From Bryobacterales bacterium (lineage in GTDB: Bacteria > Acidobacteriota > Terriglobia > Bryobacterales > UBA6623), in assembly GCA_965203925.1 (NCBI GenBank), contig OZ241924.1:1152629-1216628 (forward strand): a stretch of DNA of 64,000 bases. Direction: 5' to 3'. A model generated the notes under the pieces. The model saw nothing but the letters and a program-made list of their open reading frames with translations, did no database searches and was not told the DNA's origin. Position 1 is the first letter of the stretch; each line of letters starts with the position of its first letter. This document shows positions 17,759 to 26,386 of this stretch, one piece after another. The position numbers and the translations under genes were made by a program.

Positions 17759-18637
17759 CTACGGAGCGTCCGCCGCGCAGCGGAATCCGAGGTTGTTCAG
17801 GCCGGAGTCGGGAGCGGTCATCATGCGCGCCGCCACGCGATAGCCCTGGCAGTAGTTTTCCGAGCAGAGCCAGCTGCCGCCACGCTGGACCTTCTGGTCC
17901 CCAGAGCGCGGGCCCTGCGGGTTGTCCGTCGGGGAGCGGCGGAAGTAGTCCGGCGCGTACCAATCTTTGACCCATTCCCAGACATTGCCCGTCATGTCGT
18001 AGAGGCCATAGCCGTTCGGAGGGAACTGCTTGACCGGGCCGTGGCTGCCGAACCCGTCCAGGACGCGGTCCTGCTGGGGGAATGTGCCCTGCCAGAGGTT
18101 CGCCTGGTGGACCCCGCCTGGGATGAGCTCTTCCCCCCAGGCGTAGCGAGCCCCCTCGAGTCCGCCGCGGGCGGCGTACTCGAACTCCGCCTCTGTGGGC
18201 AGGCGCGTTCCCTTCCAATCGCAATAGGACTTGGCGTCTTCCCAAGAGAGGTGGACTACGGGGTGGTTCGGCATCTCCGTGTGGGAAGAGCCCGGGCCAT
18301 GCGGATGGCGCCAGTCGGCGCCGTCGCCCTTGGTCCAGCCATTCTGGCGGGGGTCGAAGACGCCGGACCACCCGAGGCGTTCTGACTCCGTGACAAAGCC
18401 GGTGGCGTCTGCGAAGAGGGCGTACTGGTGGTTCGTGACCTCGTGCTGGTCGATCAAGAAGGATGTCAGGCGGACCCGGTGAGGGGGACCCTCGAAGGGC
18501 TCCCCGGAATCCGTGCCCATGGTGAACTCCCCGCCTTGAATGAGGACCATGCCGCTGGTGTCAGGGGGCGGCGAGGGGCTGCAGGCGGCCCCCAGAAGGG
18601 CCACTGCCAAGAAGGCCGAGTAGGAAGACCGGCGCAT
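17759..18637 (-). CDS. Formylglycine-generating enzyme family protein (SUMF1/EgtB/PvdO fold), lipoprotein-type signal
   Basis: Start chosen at MRRSSYSAFLAVALLGAACS (ATG 18637). FGE motifs: NGYGLYDMTGNVWEWVKDWY, RGGSW, LGFRCA. Confidence 0.9.
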   Translation of the reverse strand: MRRSSYSAFLAVALLGAACSPSPPPDTSGMVLIQGGEFTMGTDSGEPFEGPPHRVRLTSFLIDQHEVTNHQYALFADATGFVTESERLGWSGVFDPRQNGWTKGDGADWRHPHGPGSSHTEMPNHPVVHLSWEDAKSYCDWKGTRLPTEAEFEYAARGGLEGARYAWGEELIPGGVHQANLWQGTFPQQDRVLDGFGSHGPVKQFPPNGYGLYDMTGNVWEWVKDWYAPDYFRRSPTDNPQGPRSGDQKVQRGGSWLCSENYCQGYRVAARMMTAPDSGLNNLGFRCAADAP

Positions 18638-18831
18638 AGGATGGCAATTATATACGGGGTCATTGCAGTCGCGCGAGGCTGGACGCGACCAGGGCTGGGG
18701 GCCTGCCGACCGGAGACGGAGCAGCGCGCGCGTGGCCGAGCAGGAAGATTGGGCCCGCGAGGCGGTCGGGTGGGGCGGTGGTTCTGGGCCGGGAATGGGC
18801 CCAGAAGTTTCAAGATACTCGAGGCACACGT

Positions 18832-19719
18832 TCAGCAGCGAATCGTCCGCCGACAGTCGGCCCAAGGCCGCCCGCAGTGCTGGCTCCGACGCCAGCTGCC
18901 CGAACGGGATCTCGCCGACTCCCCCACGTTATCCAGGTCCGCAGTCGCCGGTCCATGATGTGGGACCTTGAACACGGACGAAAGGCGCCGCGGTCGCCGA
19001 TCGTCACGAATGATCGCTTCCCAGCCGTGACGCTCCAAGTCAGCGCCGCGCAGACACGACAACTTCGGACCAAAGGTGACTAAGAGCGCGACGGAGAGGG
19101 TATTCGGAGTGGATAAGGGCCATGGGACGGCTGTTCCGCGACGCGACCGCGTGACATCCGCCGAGGTCTTCAGGAATGACGTGTATGCATGATCATCGGG
19201 GGACAGGGACCATACCTCGCAGCCCAGTTCGTAAGAGATTCGGCGGCTGGCAGTCGCCCAAGCGGGTTGGGTGCCGGCGCGCCGCAGATGGTCCATGACC
19301 GAGTAGATCTCGCGCACACCGATCGCATCGCCTGATTGCTGGTCCATCAGTCCTGCCGCAGCACTCAGGAACTCCCGCGAACTGAGGACGTTCGCGCAAC
19401 AAGAACGCGCCTTCGGGCACCGAGCGACAAGCTCGCTCAAGCCTCTCGTGTGGTCGTCGTGCCAATGCGTGGCAACGATGACTCGGACGGAGCGAGCTGG
19501 GTCAATTCCAAGGCCGTCGAGATATTGAAAGGCCACGGGCTGTTTATCCGCTGCCTGAATGGAGTCCACAACCATCCATCGGCCCTGGCCGACGTGCAGA
19601 ACGATACACTCCCCGTAGCCTGGCCCAAACAGGGAGACCGTCCACGACCGCTCGGCCCCCAGATGCAATGGTCCTCCGGTCGAAGCGGGTCGCACACTCG
19701 GCGATCCCGGGTTCGGCAT
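18832..19719 (-). CDS. MBL-fold metallo-hydrolase (ComEC/Rec2-type beta-lactamase domain-like)
   Basis: ATHWHDDHTRGL (HxHxDH) and FKVPHHG motifs. ATG 19719 lies 14 nt downstream of the upstream gene's stop and has a GAGG Shine-Dalgarno sequence. Confidence 0.8.
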   Translation of the reverse strand: MPNPGSPSVRPASTGGPLHLGAERSWTVSLFGPGYGECIVLHVGQGRWMVVDSIQAADKQPVAFQYLDGLGIDPARSVRVIVATHWHDDHTRGLSELVARCPKARSCCANVLSSREFLSAAAGLMDQQSGDAIGVREIYSVMDHLRRAGTQPAWATASRRISYELGCEVWSLSPDDHAYTSFLKTSADVTRSRRGTAVPWPLSTPNTLSVALLVTFGPKLSCLRGADLERHGWEAIIRDDRRPRRLSSVFKVPHHGPATADLDNVGESARSRSGSWRRSQHCGRPWADCRRTIRC

Positions 19720-19733
19720 CAGAATCCCGACCT

Positions 19734-22220
19734 CTATTCCCAGTCGCAAACCTGGGTCGCCCCGCGCAGCCACTCCAGAGCCGAGGTGCCGATCGGGCTG
19801 CCCGGAGGCGCGACAGGCATGGGCGAGGCCGGACTCGGAATAGGACCGCCCGGTCGGTCGAGAAAGCGTTCGATCTCGCGCCGAAGCAAACGACTATGGG
19901 TATCGTCGCCGAACGTCGGGAGTCGAGAGCGGATCCGCTCCAACGCCTCCGTCGCGTGGGCGCGCACCTCTGCCATGGGAGCTCCCTCGCCGAGTCCCAT
20001 CAACCGTTCGACGACGACCCGCTGCACCGCCCGCCGGACCGCGTGCGCGTATGCGGATTCCGCCGGCCTGTCGAAGACACCCTCCGCCAGCGATTCCAGT
20101 ACCTCCTCCAAGTCCGGGAGGGTGTCGTCGAACATGGCCTGCTCGACCAGGCGGGCGGCCCGGGACGGGACCAGCATCTGCGAGACGGTGAGGTCGGCCG
20201 CGACGATTGCCGGCGTCAGGGCATCGAATACCGTACCGGTCCGGCGGGGGAACAACTCCCTGTGTGGGCCGTGCCCAGGTGGCCGCGGCGGAATCTGCTG
20301 CAGCACGCTCTCAGGCAGGGTCAGCTCGGCCGGATCGAGCGTCCGCAGCAGCGCCGCGAGCGCCGCTCGCTGTTGGTCACCCGGAACTGGCGTCACCGGC
20401 AGGCGACCGTCGCCCCGCATCGCATAGACATAGTCCAGGCCTCCGAGCGCGGATGCCGCGGCGTCTATCTGGTAGCGGTGGTGGAGGTAGAGCGGCACGA
20501 GTGCTTCCTCCAGCGTCGCCAGCGGGCGTCCTGCAGGAATCGTGCTCTCGCCGAAGCGGTCTAGGGCGATGCGGCGCACTTGCATCATCCGCTCAAGCTC
20601 GCGGGCGGGATCGGTGCCGTTAGCCCATTGGTGGACCCGCGGATGTGCGCTCGTGTCCTGGTTCGTCAGGTAGCGCAGGTCCTCGTCCCACGCCTCGTCG
20701 AGCAGCCGCTGCAGCGCGGGCACCGTGTCGGTCCCTTCGGGATAGTCTTGGTAGCCATAGGCAATCGCCACCTCGTCCCATTCCCCAATGCCGACGTCGT
20801 AGGCGTCCGACAGGTCGATCTGCCCGTCCGGTCCCAGCGTCACGAGCGGGTGCGGGTAGTCCATGACCGAGATGCGCCCCTGGCGGCTTGCGTAGTAATT
20901 GTGCCCAAGGCCCAGGGTGTGCCCTACCTCGTGCGCGGACAACTGGCGGATCCGCGCCAGCGCGAGCTCCGCTAGCTCGGGCACTTCTTCGTCACCGCGG
21001 AGATAGGGCGAAAGCAGCCCCTCGGCGATGAGGTAATCCTGCCGGACGCGCAGGGAGCCGAGCGTGACGTGCCCCTTGATGATCTCGCCGGTGCGGGGGT
21101 CGGTCACCGAGCTGCCGTAGCTCCAACCCCGCGTGGACCGGTGCACCCACTGGATGACGTTGTAGCGCACGTCGAGCGGATCGGCTCCCTCGGGCATCAG
21201 TTCGACCCGGAACGAATCCCGGTAGCCGGCTGCCTCGAACGCCTGGTTCCACCAGCGCGCACCGTCGAGCAGCGCGGAGCGGACCGGCTCTGGTGTGCCC
21301 CGGTCCAGGTAGTAGACGATCGGTTCGACCGCCTCGCTGAAGGCGGCTGACGGGTCGCGCTTCTCGAGGCGGTGCCGGCGCAGGTAGCGGCGGGTCATCG
21401 GCTCGCCCAGCGGCGCGGCGTAATCGACGTAGGAGACGGCACCGTAGCCAGCTCGTGGGTCGTAGGGACGCGGCGTGTAGCCGTCGTCCGGCAGTGCGAC
21501 GAGCGACTGACGCTGGCGCACGGTGACCGCCTCAGCGCTCGGGGCGACGGCCTCAATCGACCCCCGGCCGAAGCCGGGTCCATCTCCGCGACTGTCGAGC
21601 GCGAACGTCAGCATGGCCTCCATCTCGGTGTTCCGGGGAAACCCCCTGGTACGCGGGAGGTATACGGCGCTGCGTTGCCGGTCGAGCCGGTACGTTCCCG
21701 GCAGGCTGTCGGCGACGCCGTGGACATCGCGCAACAGGAACGGCGTGGCGTCGACGAGGAAGCGCTCGCCGGTGCGAGCCGCTACCGTGAACCCGAACAG
21801 GACGGATGTGGCGAAGGCATCGTCCACCGCCCGCCGCTCGTCCGGGTTGGAGGTCGTGGCACGGTAGGCGTGGTTCGGCTGGACCATCAGGAGCTTGCGG
21901 CCGATCCGCTCGAAGCGCACGATGCGCGTGCCGCCGAGTTGGCCGCGATCAAGCCCGATATCGTTCGAGCCCACCCCGGCCGCCAGCGCGTTGACGTACA
22001 GCACCTCGACGCCAAGACGGCCGATTTCCAGCCAGAGCGCGCCAGCATCATCGTCCCAGTAGAGCGGAAAAAAGCCGCCGAGACGCTCGAACCCGGTCGT
22101 GTGCGACTCGATCGTCGGAAGAGCGACGTCGCCCTGCTCGCGGTCCGGCGCCGGGAGGCCGGGCGCACTCGCAAGCACCATGACCGACACCGTCAGCAAC
22201 GCGGTCTGCGCTCTCGTCAT
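19734..22220 (-). CDS. Secreted zinc-dependent metalloprotease (DUF5117/DUF4953-type)
   Basis: HEVGHTLGLGHNY zincin motif. Signal peptide MTRAQTALLTVSVMVLASAPG from ATG 22220, preceded by AGGAGA. About 828 aa. Confidence 0.9.
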   Translation of the reverse strand: MTRAQTALLTVSVMVLASAPGLPAPDREQGDVALPTIESHTTGFERLGGFFPLYWDDDAGALWLEIGRLGVEVLYVNALAAGVGSNDIGLDRGQLGGTRIVRFERIGRKLLMVQPNHAYRATTSNPDERRAVDDAFATSVLFGFTVAARTGERFLVDATPFLLRDVHGVADSLPGTYRLDRQRSAVYLPRTRGFPRNTEMEAMLTFALDSRGDGPGFGRGSIEAVAPSAEAVTVRQRQSLVALPDDGYTPRPYDPRAGYGAVSYVDYAAPLGEPMTRRYLRRHRLEKRDPSAAFSEAVEPIVYYLDRGTPEPVRSALLDGARWWNQAFEAAGYRDSFRVELMPEGADPLDVRYNVIQWVHRSTRGWSYGSSVTDPRTGEIIKGHVTLGSLRVRQDYLIAEGLLSPYLRGDEEVPELAELALARIRQLSAHEVGHTLGLGHNYYASRQGRISVMDYPHPLVTLGPDGQIDLSDAYDVGIGEWDEVAIAYGYQDYPEGTDTVPALQRLLDEAWDEDLRYLTNQDTSAHPRVHQWANGTDPARELERMMQVRRIALDRFGESTIPAGRPLATLEEALVPLYLHHRYQIDAAASALGGLDYVYAMRGDGRLPVTPVPGDQQRAALAALLRTLDPAELTLPESVLQQIPPRPPGHGPHRELFPRRTGTVFDALTPAIVAADLTVSQMLVPSRAARLVEQAMFDDTLPDLEEVLESLAEGVFDRPAESAYAHAVRRAVQRVVVERLMGLGEGAPMAEVRAHATEALERIRSRLPTFGDDTHSRLLRREIERFLDRPGGPIPSPASPMPVAPPGSPIGTSALEWLRGATQVCDWE

Positions 22221-22872
22221 CCGTCTCTCCTTGCGCGGAATAGTCTCCTGCGTGGCAGCGTAGCACGCAGTCTCTTCCCCGACGGACTGATGCGGCGGTG
22301 CCGAATATGTGGGGTCGTTACCGAGTCCCACCCCTCACATAATGTGGAGTTCGGGCCCCAACGCCCTTGAGGAGCCATGTGCTCTGGCGGTCAATACGCT
22401 GCTCGGAAATGTTGGGACTTCGTGCAGATGGCCGCTCCTTGCCCCGGGCTGAGCCAGCTAGCAGTCGACGTTCCAAGCAGAGTTCGGCGATGGATTGAGG
22501 GCGCAGTTTCTCTGTCCGCAGGAGTTGTTCGGCGGTTGTGACCGTCTGGCGGGGCGGCATCCGCGTCCACCGAGGGGCCGCAGTCTGCCTATGCCCCACA
22601 AGTCAGATTCAGAGCTCGGGTCTTGAATCAGCCGGAGGCCGTTCGAAGTAGTCTCTCAGCTCGTAGGCTTTGGACACATGCGTCAGACGGGTCCCCCCCT
22701 GTCCCCCCCCCCAGATCTTCTTAGGTCCCAACGGGGGGCGTTTTTCCCCTACAGGTAGCCTCCCATGATCGCCATCGTGCGCACGGCCAACCCCAGATTG
22801 TCCGGAGAGGCCAGCCCCCGGCGGGCCGCGAGTGTCTGATCGCCGGACCGTTGCCCGGAAGAATAGTTATCG

Positions 22873-23526
22873 CTAGTTGGCAGGCCTAGGCCCTGGGCTG
22901 GGTTGGAACGGGCTGAGAGCGGGTTGATCCTGTCCGTTGTCGGCAGTTTGTCCGTGAAACCGCGTACTACGAACGATTGCGGTTGCGTGGCTTTCCCTCT
23001 CTCTAGCCTGTCTTGGCTCTCCCCCATGGGGCCGCCACCCTGCCGCCTCGGCTGCGAGCACGATACGGGCGCATGCCACAGCATCCGATCCGGCGTCATG
23101 GTGTCGCAGTCCGATCCGCAACCTGCGACACACGTGGGGGAGTGTCGTAGGAATGATCCCCCACTGGCTGCGTGCGACTCGGACCGTGCAGATGAATGGC
23201 AGGCTCGGCACTGGCAGCCGATAGCGGTTACAGCATGCATGCAAGACGCTCTGGTCGAACGCAGCATTGTGAGCGGCCAGAAATCTTGGTGTGTCAATCC
23301 AAGACCGCAACAGCGGCCGCAGGTCGGCAAATGTCGGAGCATCGCGCACGTCCTCCCATGCCAGCCCATGCAGTCCCGTGAAAGTGAATTTCTGCGAGGG
23401 TGGGCGGATCAAGTACGTCCGCGATAATACGATCCGTCGCTTATGACCGACTGCGAGGCCAATTGCGCACGCGCTATCTCGATGACGAGTTGCAGTCTCA
23501 AAGTCGATCGCGACGAATGTGCTCAT
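22873..23526 (-). CDS. DnaQ-like 3'-5' exonuclease, DEDDh type, stand-alone
   Basis: From ATG 23526: MSTFVAIDFETA (ExoI), LAAHNAAFDQSVL (ExoII), HHDAGSDAVACARI (ExoIII, H-x4-D). The C-terminal ~50 aa is low-complexity. Confidence 0.85.
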   Translation of the reverse strand: MSTFVAIDFETATRHRDSACAIGLAVGHKRRIVLSRTYLIRPPSQKFTFTGLHGLAWEDVRDAPTFADLRPLLRSWIDTPRFLAAHNAAFDQSVLHACCNRYRLPVPSLPFICTVRVARSQWGIIPTTLPHVCRRLRIGLRHHDAGSDAVACARIVLAAEAAGWRPHGGEPRQARERESHATAIVRSTRFHGQTADNGQDQPALSPFQPSPGPRPAN

Positions 23527-23569
23527 GGATTCCTCTGTGAATGACCGCTGTCCTGCCCCAAGACAAGAC

Positions 23570-26152
23570 ATGGCATGGGCCAAGTCGCCCAACAAACGTG
23601 GTGTCGGCAGCTCCGGTTGGCTGAGTCTAGTCGACCATTCCATCGACGTCACGGCTGTCGCCGAGGCGCTGCTGCGGATGCCTACGATCCGAGCCCGGCT
23701 CAGCAGTCTCGCAGGCCGTGTTCTTGGCGACATCGACGTGGCCCGTCTCTGTTTCTTCACGGGGCTTCATGATGCGGGCAAGGTGAACCACGGCTTTCAA
23801 GCCCGACTGAGAAATGAGAATCCCAACTGCGGCCACATTGGACCGCTGTGGTCACTTCTCAAATCCCCCCACTTCGATCGTAGTCACCGAAAACTCCAGA
23901 AAGAGGTCCGGGGAGCGCTCATGAAGTCACGCTGGAGCGCTTGGTTTCGATCCATCGCATCAGAACGAGAGTTGTGGGGGGTGATCCTAGCGCATCATGG
24001 CAGCCTACCGGCCGATGCTCCTCACGTCAAAGGTCGCATATGGCGTCAAGAAGATGAGTACGATCCCATTGCAGAGTTGCACGGCTTGGCGACGGTCGTG
24101 TCTCAGATGGTCCCAGCCGCCTTCGATGACGATGGTCGCACAGTACCCGATCGGACCCGGTTTCAACACGCGCTTGCCGGCTTCGTGACACTGGCCGACT
24201 GGCTGGGCTCCGATGACACGGTCTTTCGGCCGTCGGCGGCTGATGTTCCGTCCGGACGAGCGCGAATCCCCTGGTCGCGTCGTCTCGCAACAAGACTCGT
24301 GAATCGGCGAGGTATCGATCCCAGCGACGGACGCTTGGCTGCCAGACAGCAGCCCAATGACTTCGTAGAACTCTTTCCGGGATACGACGACCCGCGCCCG
24401 GCACAAGCGGAACTGTTGCAGGCCTCGCTCCCAGAGCCGGGGCAAGTGATTGTCTTGGAAGCGGAGACAGGGTCTGGGAAAACCGAGGCCGCGCTCATCC
24501 ACTTCTTCCGCCTGTTCCAAGCTGGCGAAGTGGATGGTCTCTATTTCGCGCTCCCCACGCGGGCCGCGGCTGTGCAGATCCACGGCCGCATTCACGGCAT
24601 GCTCAGACGCTGGCTGGGGTGCGCAGCGCCACCAGTTGGGTTGGCCGTGCCCGGCTATCTCCAAGTGGACGACGCGAACCGTGGAATACGCCTGCCCGAC
24701 CAGTACGCCGTTCTCTGGCCGGACGAGGTTCAGGATCGCGGTTGGGCGGTGGAGAATCCGAAGCGGTACCTCTCGGGCACCGTCATGGTCGGCACTATCG
24801 ATCAGCTGCTGATGGGCGGGATTCGCGTTCAGCACGCCCCGCTGCGCTCTGGCCCAATGCTGAGACTGCTGCTGTGCGTCGACGAAGTTCACGCCTCGGA
24901 CGCCTACATGACGACACTCCTGCGCAACGTGCTCAACCAACACTTGAAGGCGGGCGGGCACGCTCTACTGATGTCCGCGACTCTCGGGTCCCAGGCCAGG
25001 GTCCGCTTCATGCGGGATCGTATTGAGCCACATCACGAACTCGATGCAGGCACGGCCGCGGCGCTACCGTTCCCGTCCCTGCAGCGCTTCGGGGAGAATC
25101 TGACCGCGCTGCCGTCCAGCGGTCGCCTAAGGCGGAAGACCGTAGCGGTGGAACTCCTCAATCCTGAGACGAGCGAAGACACTCTGCTCGCGGATCTCAA
25201 ATCGGCAGCCCTGAACGGAGCAGTCGTGCTCTTCATTCGAAACCGCGTGGCCGACGCCGTCGAAGCCACTCGGCAGCTTGAGGGAATCAACGCCCCGCTA
25301 CTGCGCTGCCGAGGCGTGATCGCTCCCCACCACAGTCGGTTTTCGCCGGGGGACCGGCGTCTGCTGGATGCGGCCCTTGCAGCGGCATTCCGCCGGCGGG
25401 GTGGAATCATTGCCGTAACGACACAGACGGCGGAGCAGTCGCTGGACATTGACGCGGATTGGCTGGTCACCGACATCGCGCCGGGGGATGTCCTCCTGCA
25501 GCGCATCGGCCGCTTGCATCGGCATGACCTGACGCGGCCGGCTGGGTTCGAGACGGCGCGCGCAACGGTTCTTGCCCCGACACATCGGCAGGTTGGGGAA
25601 ACCCTGAGTCACCAAGGCGAGGTCCGCGGGCAGACGATCCTAGGGCTCGGCCGAGTCTACGAGAACGTCGTGGGCGTGCTCGCGACGCGCAAGTGGCTGG
25701 AGAGGGGCAGGATCCAGATCCCCGCGGACAACCGTGCCCTCGTCGAGGCAGCGACCAATCATGTCGCCCTCAATAACCTCGCGGAGAGGCTGGGGAACCC
25801 TTGGGACCTTCACCTGGAAAACTTCGAAAGTGCAGTCATGGCCAACTCGCAGGCGGCACGGACCGTTTGCGTTGAATGGGACCGGCCCTTCGCCGAGAAC
25901 CAGCCGGTGCGGGACTTGGATGACCGCGCTGTCACTCGGCTCGGTCTGAAAGACCGGATCGTGGACCTGCCTGATGGCATTGGCGGGCCCTTCGGTCGGC
26001 CCGTCCGGACCGTGCCGATTCCCGGCTGGATGATGTCTGACGAACCGCTGGAAGACCGGGTTCGCAGTGCTGAAGTCCAAGACGGGGAAATCCGATTCTG
26101 CCTTGGCTCCAAGACGTTCCGCTACGACAGGTTTGGATTGTCAACTTCCTAG
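23570..26152 (+). CDS. cas3: Type I-E Cas3 (HD nuclease + SF2 helicase)
   Basis: HD region (LVDHSIDV...GLHDAGKVNHGFQ). Helicase motifs LEAETGSGKTEAAL, DEVHASD, SATL, TQTAEQSLDID. Start taken at MAWAKSP. The track start 23519 (GTG) would overlap the divergent gene. Confidence 0.95.
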   Translation: MAWAKSPNKRGVGSSGWLSLVDHSIDVTAVAEALLRMPTIRARLSSLAGRVLGDIDVARLCFFTGLHDAGKVNHGFQARLRNENPNCGHIGPLWSLLKSPHFDRSHRKLQKEVRGALMKSRWSAWFRSIASERELWGVILAHHGSLPADAPHVKGRIWRQEDEYDPIAELHGLATVVSQMVPAAFDDDGRTVPDRTRFQHALAGFVTLADWLGSDDTVFRPSAADVPSGRARIPWSRRLATRLVNRRGIDPSDGRLAARQQPNDFVELFPGYDDPRPAQAELLQASLPEPGQVIVLEAETGSGKTEAALIHFFRLFQAGEVDGLYFALPTRAAAVQIHGRIHGMLRRWLGCAAPPVGLAVPGYLQVDDANRGIRLPDQYAVLWPDEVQDRGWAVENPKRYLSGTVMVGTIDQLLMGGIRVQHAPLRSGPMLRLLLCVDEVHASDAYMTTLLRNVLNQHLKAGGHALLMSATLGSQARVRFMRDRIEPHHELDAGTAAALPFPSLQRFGENLTALPSSGRLRRKTVAVELLNPETSEDTLLADLKSAALNGAVVLFIRNRVADAVEATRQLEGINAPLLRCRGVIAPHHSRFSPGDRRLLDAALAAAFRRRGGIIAVTTQTAEQSLDIDADWLVTDIAPGDVLLQRIGRLHRHDLTRPAGFETARATVLAPTHRQVGETLSHQGEVRGQTILGLGRVYENVVGVLATRKWLERGRIQIPADNRALVEAATNHVALNNLAERLGNPWDLHLENFESAVMANSQAARTVCVEWDRPFAENQPVRDLDDRAVTRLGLKDRIVDLPDGIGGPFGRPVRTVPIPGWMMSDEPLEDRVRSAEVQDGEIRFCLGSKTFRYDRFGLSTS

Positions 26153-26172
26153 TGGACTCCGTGGCACGGTTG

Positions 26173-26188
26173 CCCCGCGGCTGCGGGG
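26173..26188 (+). terminator. GC hairpin 21 nt after cas3 stop (CCCCGC-GGCT-GCGGGG)
   Basis: A perfect 6-bp stem with a 4-nt loop, read directly from the sequence. There is no following U-tract, so its function as a terminator is uncertain. Confidence 0.3.
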
Positions 26189-26280
26189 AAGAACTCGACA
26201 GGTAGCAAGCAGCCGGTCCAACCCCATAGGTACTAGACATGGGGACTCCCTTCAGTGTATGCTGAGGCTTGCAGCGATGC

Positions 26281-26314
26281 ATAACTTGACAGTTATCATT
26301 CAGCATTGTACACT
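26281..26314 (+). promoter_or_regulatory. Near-consensus sigma70 promoter for the Cascade operon, -35 embedded in an inverted repeat
   Basis: TTGACA (26286-26291), a 17-nt spacer, then TACACT (26309-26314). ATAAC (26281-85) and GTTAT (26292-96) form an inverted repeat around the -35. It lies about 70 nt upstream of the GTG at 26387, which has an AAGGAGG Shine-Dalgarno sequence. Confidence 0.45.
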
Positions 26315-26386
26315 ACCATTAGGCGACGGGGGACACCGCGATGTGCCGGATCGTGACATTCTCACTGCTCCGCCAAGGAGGTCATC

